From the NCBI GenBank assembly GCA_964016885.1, contig OZ024742.1:9176001-9240000 (forward strand): a stretch of 64,000 nucleotides of DNA, given 5' to 3'. Below are positions 1 through 15,392 of this stretch, in pieces. The stretch is from Eledone cirrhosa. Taxonomy: Eukaryota. How positions within the stretch are numbered: the first letter of the stretch is position 1; each line of letters starts with the position of its first letter. The position numbers were made by a program, and so were the translations under genes. The notes under the pieces were generated by a model. It searched no databases. It saw only the letters and a program-made list of their open reading frames with translations, and was not told where the DNA came from.

Positions 1-747
1 TTACGTGCAGTTAAGATAATGTGCATTTCATTACTAGTTAAATCTGTATATTTAAATGCATATTTAAGGGCTTTATTAAGTAGATTAGGAGTGATAGATG
101 AGTAATAATTAGTAATATCCAATTGAATAAATTTATTGTTATGCTTATATTTAATGTCCTTAAACCAGTCGATAACTTCATTAGTCCCATTCCATAATTT
201 TAAATAAGATATTTCCTTAAGTTGTGGTATGATTCTATCTAAAATATTCTTGCTAAGTATGCCAAGGTCCGATTTAGATAGTGCAATCAATCTAACTGGT
301 AATTCAATTTCAAAATTTCTTTTATGGTCCTTCATATTAATTTTTGGTTTCCTAGGTATGAAGTGTTGAGACCTATTTTCGATACCTAATTCCTGCATTA
401 TATAAGAAGCTTCAGTATTTAGTTTTTCAAGGTCATCATTGGTTGCTCTTTTGTAATTCTTCCTTAATTCCTTAAATATAAGATTATTGTAATTATCCTT
501 TTGCATTCCGTAAAGATTGTTGGTTTTATCTGATTTAACTAGAATTTTTTCCGTTTTTTCAAAGCTTTCTATATTATTTTAGGGACTTTTTAGGTAATCC
601 TGGCCTACAAAGTGGTTTTCCTTAAATTTAATGCTATGCATGATAGAGATAATCACATTTTCAATTTCCATTAATAGTTTGTTGGAAGGTGGATTCTTTT
701 TGGATTTGAAGATTCGATCAAGATTGGAAATATTTTCACATCAGGTT
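1..747 (-). pseudogene. Penelope-like element (Naiad-like) RT N-terminal fragment, running off the window's left edge
   Basis: Aligns by eye with 7030-7790, the RT region of the PLE at 5702-7907 (shared KSDKTNNxYG, PKINMKDHKxNFE, IQLDIxNYYSSITPNLLNKAL coding). It is a diverged copy. Confidence 0.8.
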
Positions 748-980
<233 letters not shown>

Positions 981-1198
981 TTATATGTATGCATGTGTAT
1001 GTGTAAATGTGTGTATTGCTTACCACGTGTGTTTGTTTATTTATTTGTGTCCTTTCCTGTATCGCTGTCAACTTTATAATAATTTTTATTTTCTTAAGTC
1101 GTATATTTTTTATTTTTCTGTGACGGCCTATTGCATTATAGGGTTGTTCATTGTTTTTATTTTTTATTTTTTATTATAATTAATTGTGTGTGTGCGTA

Positions 1199-1801
1199 TG
1201 TAGGCGTGTGTACATATATCTATATATGTGTGTGCGTATGTATGCGTCTATATATGTGTGTATGTATGTGTGTGTATGTACGTGTGTATATATGTATGAT
1301 TATGTGTGTATATATATGTGTGTGTGTGCGTGTGAGTGTGTTTGTGTATTTATGTGTATGTGTATGTATGAATATATATATATATATAAGTATGTGTGTA
1401 TATATGTGTGTGTGTATGTATATATATATATATATATATAGTTGATCGCTTTATATCAGTTATAAAAATGTTTAAGCCTGTTGAATCCCAACAAATTAAA
1501 TATAACCTCTGCATATATTTTGCTCCTTTATTGTTGAGCGCTTTAAATTATAACTGATTAAAAATGGAATTCTTTAAGATCTCTTCTTCTCTAAAGACAT
1601 ACCTTTACCTAGGAATAAGGACTTTCTAAAACAACTTATAGAAAAATCGTACTCATTTATAAGAAGACTCAGATGGTGTGCTTTTCATTTCGATTAATCT
1701 GTAGGTGTGTGTACATATATCTATATATGTGTGTGCGTATGTATGCGTGTATATAGGTGTGTATGTATGTGTGTGTATGTACGTTCGTATATATGTTGGA
1801 T

Positions 1802-1845
<44 letters not shown>

Positions 1846-1960
1846 TGTGTGTGTGTGTTTGTGTATTTATGTGTATGTCTATGTATGGGTATATATATAT
1901 ATATGTATGTGTGTATATATGTGTGTATGTATGTATATATATATATATATATATATATAA
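1199..1960. repeat. ~250-bp imperfect direct repeat (about 1199-1440 and 1700-1960) of low-complexity TG/TA sequence
   Basis: Both copies start gtagg(c/t)gtgtgtacatatatctatatatgtgtgtgcgtatgtatgcgt and share the gattatgtgt and gtgtatttatgtgtatgt blocks. Confidence 0.75.
1441..1700 (+). mobile_element. 5' UTR and ORF start of a Naiad-like PLE, inverted relative to the fragment at 1-747
   Basis: ATG at 1564 (MEFFKISS...KQLIEKSYSFIRRLRWCAFHFD) is homologous to the reverse complement of 7785-8030. Confidence 0.75.
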
Positions 1961-2139
1961 GTGTGTGTGGGGGGGGGGTATGTATATATATATGTGCGTG
2001 TGTGTGTGTGTGCATGTGTGTTTATCTACTTTTATATTTATTCTTTTTCCTTTCTTTCTTCCTTTTTCAGCCTCACTTTCATATAGATCATATTTTTGTA
2101 TTTAAAATCCACTGTCTATATGAAAGTGAGGCTGCATTT

Positions 2140-2200
2140 TTTCATTCTGATGACTGAAAGCAAATTTTGTTTGCATTCAAGAAACCACTGGTAAATGAAA
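2140..2200 (+). ncRNA. Type I hammerhead ribozyme motif
   Basis: Stem I TTTCATT/AATGAAA; CTGATGA (2147-2153); stem II TGAA-AGCAAA...TTTGC-A-TTCA; GAAA; stem III CC-ACT-GG; GTA cleavage triplet. Preceded by a 20-bp-arm hairpin at 2068-2134. Confidence 0.8.
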
Positions 2201-2229
2201 TAATTATTTTATGTTGTTTATTACATAAC

Positions 2230-2333
<104 letters not shown>

Positions 2334-2932
2334 CATACATATATATATATAAATACAACCATAAGGTTGAGATGCAATTTAGGCAATATTAAACTGCGCT
2401 TTCTAGCAACTATCCCACACGCCGTAAGGCACCAATCACATTCTTTCTGACTTGACCACTGCCACGTCACAGTTCTTAGCCATTTTGAATTCGTTTCTGG
2501 CGGGGTTTATTTAAGAAAAATCTTCGTCCAAGTGAGTTTGTTTCCTGATGATTTCGAAGCTCGTGAATCTATCTTTGATCGGATATTTCCAAAAGGGAAT
2601 GAAATCCAATGAGGTCGAAACGTAATCTTGGTATGTTTATATACATTTTTTCTTCTAACTTTAATTTTATACCTAATTGTGTATGGTTGACGATATATTT
2701 AATCGATTTCCACGTGCTATTGAAGTGCTTGGTAAATATACTATAGCTGTTGATCGCGAATAGATGGCTGTCGTTTATTTATCTATTATTGCTTCATAGG
2801 TGCCTTTTAATCTTTTAGGCTGGTTTAATTGTTTGTTTGTGTGGTTGATTATGCTGATTGGGAGAGGAGATGGTGTATATATCTTATCAAATGATTCTAT
2901 GAACATATGTTATTGTATATATATATATATAT

Positions 2933-3348
2933 ACTCCCGAAGAAGAGCTTATGCCCGAAACGTCCCCCCTCTCAAAAGCGTAAACCTAATAAACCTTTAT
3001 TTGTCTGCCTCTTTGTTTTGTTCCCGTATAAATTTGCACTATACTATACACGCTTACACGGCTCCACAGCACCTCGGAATACTACCTCTACTACCGGCTC
3101 AACCCCGATTGAAACCGCCGTGACCACCCTCTGAACTTTCCCCACACTCCCCCACAACCTTTTCTTTGCTTGTTAATTTTTCCTATTTTTTCCTTTTTTC
3201 CTATTCTTTGCATTAACTTTCTTCCTAACCTATTTACTCCTGAAGAAGGGCTTATGCCCGAAACGTCGTCCCCTACCCCACTCTCAAAAGCGTGAACCTA
3301 ATAAACCTTTATTTGTCTGCCTCTCTGTTTTGTTCCCGTATAAATTTG

Positions 3349-3352
<4 letters not shown>
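2933..3352 (+). mobile_element. ORF-less mini-PLE (retrozyme-like) with two minimal hammerheads 303 bp apart
   Basis: CCGAAGA (degenerate, 2937) and CTGAAGA-A-GGGC-TTAT-GCCC-GAAAC-GTC (3240-3267). The sequence is homologous to 55990-56230 of the Neptune-like element and is flanked by (TA)n. Confidence 0.75.
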
Positions 3353-3425
<73 letters not shown>

Positions 3426-3428
<3 letters not shown>

Positions 3429-3774
3429 TGGCTGCCAACTCGTTTTCGAGTACGGCCACTACTTTATATCCATGTAGGAGAACTCCTACCAATGCGCTGA
3501 ACGAGTGTGACTTTTTAGTCCAGCCAGCGACTTGAAAACTCTGGTACTAACACTACACTTGTGACAATTATTGACACATAGTGCTGGGCCCATGGTACCA
3601 TGTGACGACAAGTGCAGAGAGATCTCCAGATATAAAGCAATGCCTGTGCCATGAAGCTTTTATAGTGAGCAAAGGCACTGCACAGAACCAGTCCCACTCT
3701 CTTAACCAAGATGATATTTACCAAAAAGAAGAACAAGTCAACATCATTGGATACCATCAGGGTTGCAGGTGTTA

Positions 3775-3775
<1 letters not shown>
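3426..3775 (-). mobile_element. Non-autonomous RTE-related retroposon, 5'-truncated copy 1
   Basis: Near-identical to 14040-14552 and 20365-20675. All share the fixed left end TGGTGGCTGCCAA and have variable right ends. Confidence 0.7.
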
Positions 3776-3863
<88 letters not shown>

Positions 3864-5701
3864 CATATATATACATATAATTTAAAAGAATAAGACAACA
3901 AAAGATGTAAAGAAACAAAGTTTTCTCATAGCCACACACACACATATATATATATGTGAGTACATGTAAATGTATATATATATTTATATATATATACGAT
4001 ATTAAACAAATGGAAACTATATTTATAAAACCATATTTATTTCATTATACATATTTCAGGGATACCATATTAAAAATATGGCATGCCTTCTTTAGATAAA
4101 ATACAATATATAAGCAGTTTTATAAATAAATTTGACGTACCATAAATATTGATCAACTTCCATTTAAGAAGTTGGTTTGGTAGTGAAATGTTTATAAATA
4201 TTTAGTGTTAAGCACAGTTAGAAAGAAAGACGGAGAAAAGGAAGAAATGTATGTAAAGAAAAACAGAGAGATATGGGAGAGAGAAATAGTGAGGAGGTGA
4301 AAAATGAGAGGCAGCTGAGGCAACAGATGAATAATAATAATGCATCATACAAATTGAGAGATTTAGGAGGGAGGGAGTACTGTAATTATTTATTTATTTA
4401 TTTATTTATTTAGTTATAGTGTTAAGGAGACGGAGAGAAATAAACAATAAATAAAGAGAAAACAGAGATGTAGAGAAAGATAGAGGTGGGGGGAAAAAGA
4501 GGTAGACCGAATAATAATAATTATACATGGGGAAGTGAGAGAAATAGGAGAGAGGTAAGAGAGAAAATAATAGAGAAGCTCGAGAGGCAAAGTTAAAGTA
4601 GCCGATACTTAAATTTCATCATGTATAGAGGGAGGAGAAGAAAGAGCTATATCTAGAGAGAAGGATCACAGATTTACAACTTTACGTTATGTCCTATCAA
4701 TTTGAATTATCAATTCATATGAATTGGGTATTATAATGTAAATATCAATATTCATGAATGAGACACAGATATATAATGTGTGAAAAATAATGACCATATG
4801 TTTAGTTTAAAAATTCTTAGGTCGATATACTAAAAACTGAGATAAAACTTCAAAAAATACGGAAATACATAAGTATATATGTACTTTCCGGAAAAAGAAA
4901 AAAGAGAAAAAGAGAAGGTCATCTCAAGTTCTAGTTGACTCTATAGACATACACGTGAACTTACGTGATCAGCTCTGTAATTTCTTATTTCACATGAAAA
5001 AATTTACCCTTGCGTTATAAAAGATTTTACTATATATATATATACATACATACATATACATAAAAATATATATTAATATTAATATTCCTGCCCTCACATA
5101 CATCATTATCGTTCATGTATAGAATATTATGCATATCTGTAACATATCCAGAACCATAGCCACACATACATATATATATGGACAGATAGAATAAACAGAT
5201 AAAATAGAATATACTCTGTAATCATTCCATGTTCATATTAATATATATGGCCTCTGCACAGAGACAACAGATATTAATATATCAAAACGCTAAGAATACT
5301 TTCATCACTCCCTAGAGTATCTAGGGCCGTAAAAAAAACACAGTATGCCCCCCATATCAACCACAGAAATCTAACCTTCCAATGTATCTGACAATATATT
5401 GCCAAGTTCATTAGAAGCAATCAGAATCAAAAAGCAAACAAAAAACCAAAATTATTCAACAAAACTTATTTAGCAGAAATCATTTAAAAGATTTAGGAGA
5501 CCCTGTTGTTCTACAGATGCTCTTATATTTATTATAGAAGTTTATCTAGCGTAACATTTATTCAATAGATTGGGAGCATCAACATTTTAGGGTAGTTTAA
5601 TTACATAATTAGTATATATTTATGAAGAAGGTTTAAAAAAGAAAAAGTTGAAGGAATTATCGTCTCGTTTCATAATTAATTAAATATCTTAACTAAATAT
5701 A

Positions 5702-7907
5702 CTACATTTTAAATCGATATTTATATTTAAACGTTGAGTTCAATCTATGTCTGCAGCAACTGAATAAATTGCTCCTTAAATTAAGGGAATTTTTAGATTT
5801 TAATATAAAGAATATCTCCTCCACGCAGAGGTCACATGTCTCAGATGAGGAATTAAAAGGAATCCCTCTTGAGACTATATTCCAAAACATCGAATATCCA
5901 ACGTTATCATGTTTAAGTTGCCAGAGTAAGCCTGATAGTGAAGTTGAAGATTTTTTGTTTGGATCTGTGAAAGAATTCTTATGATTATTATAGCGAAGTT
6001 TAAATTCTGTCGAGGTGGAACCAACATAGTTAAAATAATTTAAGTCAGTTTTAACATTACAATTGTATATTATAATTTTAACTAAGCAATTGTTATTTAA
6101 CGGACATTTAGATTTATTTCTACAGTTACAGTTGTTTAATTGAATATTGTTTAGGCTATTATCGGTATTTTGGCTAGGTTTTAGATTCCTATTATTTATT
6201 CTGTTAATATTTTGTGCTAAATTTTTGGTGGACGAGTAAGTTAATTTTATAGTATGTCTATTAAAAATTGAGTGATATTTATGTGTTCTAGGGAAGCGTT
6301 TGTCAAGAGCATTAAAAAATAGTTTAGCAAGGTGGGTTTTAATATTTAGTGAGAAAGGAGGGGGGCAAACCATATTATATTTCTAGTTCTATTCCTTTTC
6401 TGGCTTTTGGAATTATTGTAATGCTTTCTATTATAGTTGTTAAAGTTGTTACCGTAATTAAAATTGTTGTTATTTTGGTTAGTTTGCCTATTATTATCGA
6501 TGTACATAATTGTATCACTATATCCTGCTCTAGCTAACGCTTCATTGTAATACTGCGCTTTTTCGTCGAAAATATTTTTATTAGATGAAATTCTTGAGAT
6601 ACGTTCTTGAACAGAGTTCACTATAGTATTTTTAACAGATCTGAGGTGATTAGAGTTAAAACTGACATAATTCAAGTTTTCATTTAGTTTGTGAAATGGA
6701 TAGTGAAGACATGTGTTGAAATTTAGTGTTACATCTAGGAAATTGACTATTCTATGGTTATTCTCTATTTCTATTTTTAGATTAAGGTAATTAAAAAATT
6801 GTATAATTTGTTTTCATTTTCTATTTAGTTCAGAGTTATTATTTTCAATAAGTAAAAGCATGTCATCACGATATAATCCTCCGGTTACACCAGGTATTTT
6901 TCTATGCAGCGAATTAATTATAAATAGGCCACAAGGTCCGTTACCTGAGCTGAGTCAGATGATCCCATAGTAATGTCGAAATTATTATCTCTGTCTGACC
7001 TAGTCCATAGTTTGTTATTAAATTCTATCAATGTTTTCCTTGCCGATAATATAATGTGCATTTCATTGTTAGGTCTGTATGTTTGAATGCGTAATTTAGT
7101 GCCTTATTTAGTAGATTAGGGGTAATAGATGAATAGTAGTTAGCAATATCTAGTTGAATAAATTTATTATTATTGTTATATTTAATTTCTTTAAACCACT
7201 CAATAACCTCACCAGTTCCCTTCCACAAGTTTAAGTTATGTAAACCATGTAAGTTCTTAATTTGCTGTATCACCCTGTCTAGAATGTTTTTGCTAAGTTT
7301 ACCCAGGTCAGATTTTGATGGTGCAATCAATCTGACTGGCAAATCATTTTCAAAATTTCTTTTGTGATCTTTCATATTGATCTTGGGTTTCCTAGGCAAG
7401 AAGAGTTGTGTTTTGTTCTCAATTTCCAACTCATGCATTATACAAGATGCCTCAACATTCATTTTCTCCAGTTCGTCCTTATCTGCTACTTTGTACTTTT
7501 TCCTTAGTTCTTTCAGTATAAGGCCATTATACATGCCTTTTTGCACTCCATAAAAGTTGTTGGTTTTGTCTGATTTCACCAAGATCTTCTCTGTTCTCTC
7601 CAAGCTTTCAATATTATCCTTAATGCTTCTTAGATATTCCTGGCCTTTGAAGTTTCTCTTGAATTTGACTCCTTGTATGATAGAAATTATATCGTTTTCA
7701 AAATCCATTAAAAGTTTGTTCGGGGGTGGATTTTTTTTAGATTTGAAATCTTTATCTAAGTCTGAGACATTTTCATTTAGATTAGATTTATCAAAGTGGA
7801 AGGCACGCCACCTGATTCTTCTTATAAAAGAGTCTGATTTTTCTATTAATTGTTTAATAAAGTCTTTGTATGTCTTTTAGAGAAGAAGATATCTTAAAGA
7901 ATTCCAT
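5702..7907 (-). pseudogene. PLE reverse transcriptase plus GIY-YIG endonuclease, frameshifted
   Basis: KSDKTNN, QLDIANYYSSI, FDITMGSSDSAQV, GLYRDD, VNFLDVTLN, CNCRNKSKCPL (CxCx5C), IIY..YVGST..FKLRYNNH, CDLC..E..LN.R...CCRH. Several frameshifts and one in-frame TGA (6814-6816). Confidence 0.9.
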
Positions 7908-8093
7908 TTTTTTCAGTTATAATATAAAGCGCTCAACAGTATTGGAGCAAAATATATGCAAAAGTTTTATTTAAAATTGTTGAGTTACAACGAGTAAATA
8001 TTTTATAACTGATATAAAGCACTCAACAAGTTTTGGAGTAGATATACGATATTAAACAAATGGAAACTATATTTATAAAACCATATTTATTTC

Positions 8094-8149
8094 ATTATAC
8101 ATATTTCAGGGATACCATATTAAAAATATGGCATGCCTTCTTCAGATAA
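8094..8149 (-). ncRNA. Hammerhead-like core in the PLE pLTR (other copies at ~4045-4100 minus with a mutated core, and ~9521-9577 plus)
   Basis: CTGAAGA, long stem II (AGG.ATGCCATATT/AATATGGTAT.CCT), then GAAATATGTA. The stem I/III register is imperfect. Confidence 0.55.
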
Positions 8150-9709
8150 AATACAATATATAAGCAGTTTTATAAATAAATTTGACGTACCATAAATATT
8201 GATCAACTTCCATTTAAGAAGTTGGTTTGGTAGTGAAATGTTTATAAATATTTAGTGTTAAGCACAGTTAGAAAGAAAGACGGAGAAAAGGAAGAAATGT
8301 ATGTAAAGAAAAACAGAGAGAGATATGGGAGAGAGAAATAGTGAGGAGGTGAAAAATGAGAGGCATCTGAGGCAACAGATGAATAATAATAATGCATCAT
8401 ACAAATTGAGAGATTTAGGAGGGAGGGAGTACTGTAATTATTTATTTATTTATTTATTTATTTAGTTATAGTGTTAAGGAGACGGAGAGAAATAAACAAT
8501 AAATAAAGAGAAAACAGAGATGTAGAGAAAGATAGAGGTGGGGGGAAAAAGAGGTAGACCGAATAATAATAATTATACATGGGGAAGTGAGAGAAATAGG
8601 AGAGAGGTAAGAGAGAAAACAATAGAGAAGCTCGAGAGGTAAAGTTAAAGCAGCCGATACTTAAATTTCATCATGTATAGAGGGAGGAGAAGAAAGAGCT
8701 ATATCTAGAGAGAAGGATGACAGATTTACAACTTTACGTTATGTCCTATCAATTTGAATTATCAATTCATATGAATTGGGTATTATAATGTAAATATCAA
8801 TATTCATGAATGAGACACAGATATATAATGTGTGAAAAATAATGACCATATGTTTAGTTTAAAAATTCTTAGGTCGATATACCAAAAACTGAGATAAAAC
8901 TTCAAAAAATACGGAAATACATAAGTATATATGTACTTTCTGGAAAAAGAAAGAAAGAGAAAAAGAGAAGGTCATCTCAAGTTCTAGTTGACATTATAGA
9001 CATACACGTGAACTTACGTGATCAGCTCTGTAATTTCTTATTTCACATGAAAACATTTACCCTTGCGTTATAAAAGATTTTACTATATATATATATACAT
9101 ACATACATATACATAAAAATATATATTAATATTAATATTCCTGCCCTCACATACATGATTATCGTTCATGTATAGAATATTATGCATATCTGTAACATAT
9201 CCAGAACCATAGCGACACATACATATATATATGGACAGATAGAATAAACAGATAAAATAGAATATACTCTGTAATCATTCCATATTCATATTAATATATA
9301 TGGCCTCTGCACAGAGACAACAGATATTAATATATCAAAACGCTAAGAATACTTTCATCACTCCCTAGAGTATCTAGGGCCTTTTCTCCGTCTTTCTTTC
9401 TAACTGTGCTTAACACTAAATATTTATAAACATTTCACTACCAAACCAACTTCTTAAATGGAAGTTGATCAATATTTATGGTACGTCAAATTTATTTATA
9501 AAACTGCTTATATATTGTATTTTATCTGAAGAAGGCATGCCATATTTTAATATGGTATCCATGAAATATGTATAATGAAATAAATATGGTTTTATAAATA
9601 TACTTTCCATTTGTTTAATATCGTATATCTACTCCAAAACTTGTTGAGTGCATTATATCAGTTATAAAATATTTACTCGTTGTAACCCAACAATTTTAAA
9701 TAAAACTTT

Positions 9710-9789
<80 letters not shown>

Positions 9790-10220
9790 TATATACATAC
9801 ACATATATTATACATACATATTTGAGCACTTTAACGAAGCACGGGATAAAAATACACATTTTTGAAGAGCCTGTTCACGAATTTCAATATAGAGTGTATA
9901 AACAAACAAAAGTATATTTGTGACTATATATAGAAGTTGATGGATTCTAAGTGAACACAGAATAGAAAGATCCACAGCATCCACTTGCCTCCGTTGTTTT
10001 TCTTGTTTTCCTTACGTTGATTATACTCTGTTGTGTAAGAGTTGTGACACTTGAGTCCCTCGCTATTGTAGAACAACACAATATTTGTGTTTTGAAGTAA
10101 TGGAAATATAAAACTTTTGAAGGATGTTGGGTGAAGTGGAGAAATGCCGGTGTGTATTTTGGTGTAGATAATGGTAGCGGTTGTTGTTGCTGTCGTTGTT
10201 GTTGTGTGTGGTGATGCTGC

Positions 10221-10758
<538 letters not shown>

Positions 10759-11040
10759 GTGTTTGTGTTGATAATGTTTGTGTACCTTGGAGATAAAGGT
10801 GGTTGGAATAACTCTTGCAATGATAAACTAGTTGACCACCTCTACCTCACCTTTCAGGGATATATTCCATTCCATCCATTTATGATTGACCAAGGTCACC
10901 CTGGTTGTCAGCTCATCCCAACTTTTTTTCATCTGGAGTTCTGGACCAGTCTGTCTACCCAGCTCCCAACTACGTTACTGGACAGTATCAACCTGCTTCT
11001 CTAGGGGCCGAGACACAGGCCCATCAACATTTTCTGGTAG

Positions 11041-11443
11041 TAATAATAATTGTTTCTACTTTTGGCACAAGGCCAGCAAATATTCAGTGTATTACTGGTA
11101 CTTTATTTTATCGACCTCGTAAGGGTGAAAGGCAAAGTTAACCTCGGCGGGATTTGAACTCAGAATGGCAAGGGCCGTAGCTCTATGCGTCAAAGTATGG
11201 CGTCCGACCCTCTACCGATACTGCCAATCCAACAAAGATTTCTACTATAGACACAAGGCCAGAAATGTGGGGGGAGGGGAAAGTCGATTAAATCGACCCC
11301 AGTGCGTGACTAATACTTTATTTTATCGACCACCGCAAGGATGAAATCAAGGCTAACCTCGGTGAGATTTGAACACAGACCGTAAAGCGACATAACTATA
11401 AACCACAGTGCATAGTGTCTGACGCTTTACCGATATTGCCAGT
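11041..11443 (-). mobile_element. Two tandem tRNA-derived SINEs (about 11041-11230 and 11238-11443)
   Basis: Reverse-complement B-box (GGATTTGAACTC), body TTTATCGACC..AAGG.TGAAAGGCAAAGTTAACCTCGGCGG, 3' end GGCCTTGTG..AAAAGTAGAAACAATTATT. Homologous to 24317-24510. Confidence 0.85.
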
Positions 11444-11496
11444 CAACAAAGGACGTGCTGACAATTGTGACAATGTATAGTCTCTCTAAAAATATT

Positions 11497-11616
<120 letters not shown>

Positions 11617-11622
11617 TGTGTT

Positions 11623-13215
<1,593 letters not shown>

Positions 13216-13582
13216 ATACATACATAAATTCATGAAAAAATAAATAGATAAAGATTGGTTACGATAATTAGAATTGTTAGTTTGCGAGAATTCGGAGTAG
13301 AGTGTGATAAAGATGACGTATTTCTGTCTCAGTATTAAACTCTTCAGACTTGCCAGGCTATAGTAATGAGAAGCAACTGAGCTCTCCTGGAACTAAGACA
13401 AAAGATTTAAATTCAATATGAAACTACAATATTGGAAAAGAAAATCGATATTTCATTTTGCTTTGATTTATCGATTTCAATCGATCAAAGGTTATTTCAA
13501 TGTGTATGCTTTTCACAGTCTATGTCTTCGCATATAAACACATATAATCACACAGACACAGACACACAAACACAAACACCTA

Positions 13583-13658
<76 letters not shown>

Positions 13659-13774
13659 AACACCTACAAACACATTCACATTCACGCACACACACATACA
13701 AACACATACACGTAAACAAATAAACACAGACACACACCAACACACAAAACACACACACACACATATATATATAC

Positions 13775-13806
<32 letters not shown>

Positions 13807-14039
13807 CTATATAATGACTGACAATTTTCATCCCTCTCAATCGTACTTTTCTTCACTCTCCTTCTTCGCCTCATATATACACTGCTATATACATACATAG
13901 CTATATATATACACTGCTAACTACATACATAGCTATATATATACACTGCTATATACATACATAGCTATATATATATACACTGCTATATACATACATAGTT
14001 ATATATATACACTGCTATATACATACATAGTTATATATA

Positions 14040-14552
14040 TGGTGGCTGCCAAATCGTTTTCGAGTATGGCCACTACTTTATATCCATGTAGGAGAACCCC
14101 TACCGATGCGCTGAACAAGTGTGACTTTTTAGTGCAGCCAGCGACTTGAAAACTCTGGTACAAACACTACACCTGTGACAATTATTGACACATAGTGTTG
14201 GGCCCATGATACCATGTGACGACAAGTGCAGAGAGATCTCCAGATATAAAGCAATGCCTGTGCCGTTAAGCTTTTATAGTGAGCAAAGGCACTGCACAAA
14301 GCCAGTCCCACTCCCTTAAACAAGATGATATTTAACAAAAAGAAGAACAAGTCAACATCATTGGATACCATCAGGGTTGCAGGTGTTATATCAGAGTTTT
14401 CCTTCTCCTAGAATTCTGCCTTGACAAAGGCTAAAGGGTCATCTCTCCCGGTGATTTTGGATGGGGTTGCCAGTTTAGTCGCCAACGACCCGACCATGAG
14501 ACAGGTTGTACTGCAATACATCTTACCAGTAGCACCAACTGGTGACCTGACA
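14040..14552 (-). mobile_element. Non-autonomous RTE-related retroposon, longest copy
   Basis: Same family as 3426 and 20365. The minus strand contains CTAGGAGAAGGAAAACTCTGA, a motif I recall from RTE 5' UTRs and RTE-related SINE bodies, and ends in a 3' hairpin. Confidence 0.7.
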
Positions 14553-15392
14553 TATAATTATATATATACACTGCTATATACATACATAGTTTTATATATA
14601 TATACACACTGCTATATACATACATAGTTATATATATACACTGCTATATACATACATAGCTATATATACACACTGCTATATACATACATAGCTATATATA
14701 TCCACTGCTATATACATACATATTTATATATATACACTGCTATATACATACATAGCTATATATATACACTGCTATATACATACATAACTATATATATATA
14801 TATACACTGCTATATACATACATAGCTATATATACACACTGCTATATACATACATAGTTATATATATATACACTGATATATACATACACAGTTATATATA
14901 TACACTGCTATATACATACATAGCTATATATATATACATAGTTATATATACATACGTAGTTATATACATACATAGTGATATATATACACTGCTATATATA
15001 TATATATATACATAGTTTTATACATTCATAGTTATATGCATACACTGCTATATATATACACTGCTATATACATACACTGCTATATACATACACTGCTATA
15101 TATATACACTGCTATATACATACACTGCTATATACATACACTGCTATATATATATACATAGTCATACTGTGCTATATGTATACACTGCTATATATATACT
15201 GCTGCTATATACATTGCTATATACATGCATAGTTATATACATACATAGTTATATACTTACAAAGTTATATATATACACTGCTATATACATACATAGTTAT
15301 ATATATATACATAGTTATATACATACATAGTTATATATATACATAGTTATATATATAGTTAGTTATATACATACATAGTTATATACATACAC

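Larger units (their letters stand above)
3994..9713 (-). mobile_element. Near full-length Penelope-like element (Naiad-like) with direct pLTRs and an inverted partial pLTR
   Basis: Direct repeats of ~1.33 kb (3994-5328 and 8043-9381), an inverted copy (9382-9713 matching ~7955-8290), and an internal RT plus GIY-YIG ORF. Both ends lie in (TA)n. Confidence 0.9.

Noticed and set aside
2546-2625. CTGATGA...GAAACGTA hammerhead-like core
   Set aside because: No stem I, and stem II would consume core bases. At most a decayed remnant.
3427-3510. HDV-like ribozyme at the fixed end of the RTE-related repeat
   Set aside because: There is no room for P3/L3 and no P1.1. A simple 3' hairpin on the minus strand explains it.
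6814-6816. In-frame TGA in the Naiad-like ORF as possible selenocysteine (some Naiad PLEs are reported to encode selenoproteins)
   Set aside because: It lies in a basic RT helix (NRK*KQ), not at a Cys motif. The copy has frameshifts and I saw no SECIS in 5328-5701. A consensus plus SECISearch would settle it.
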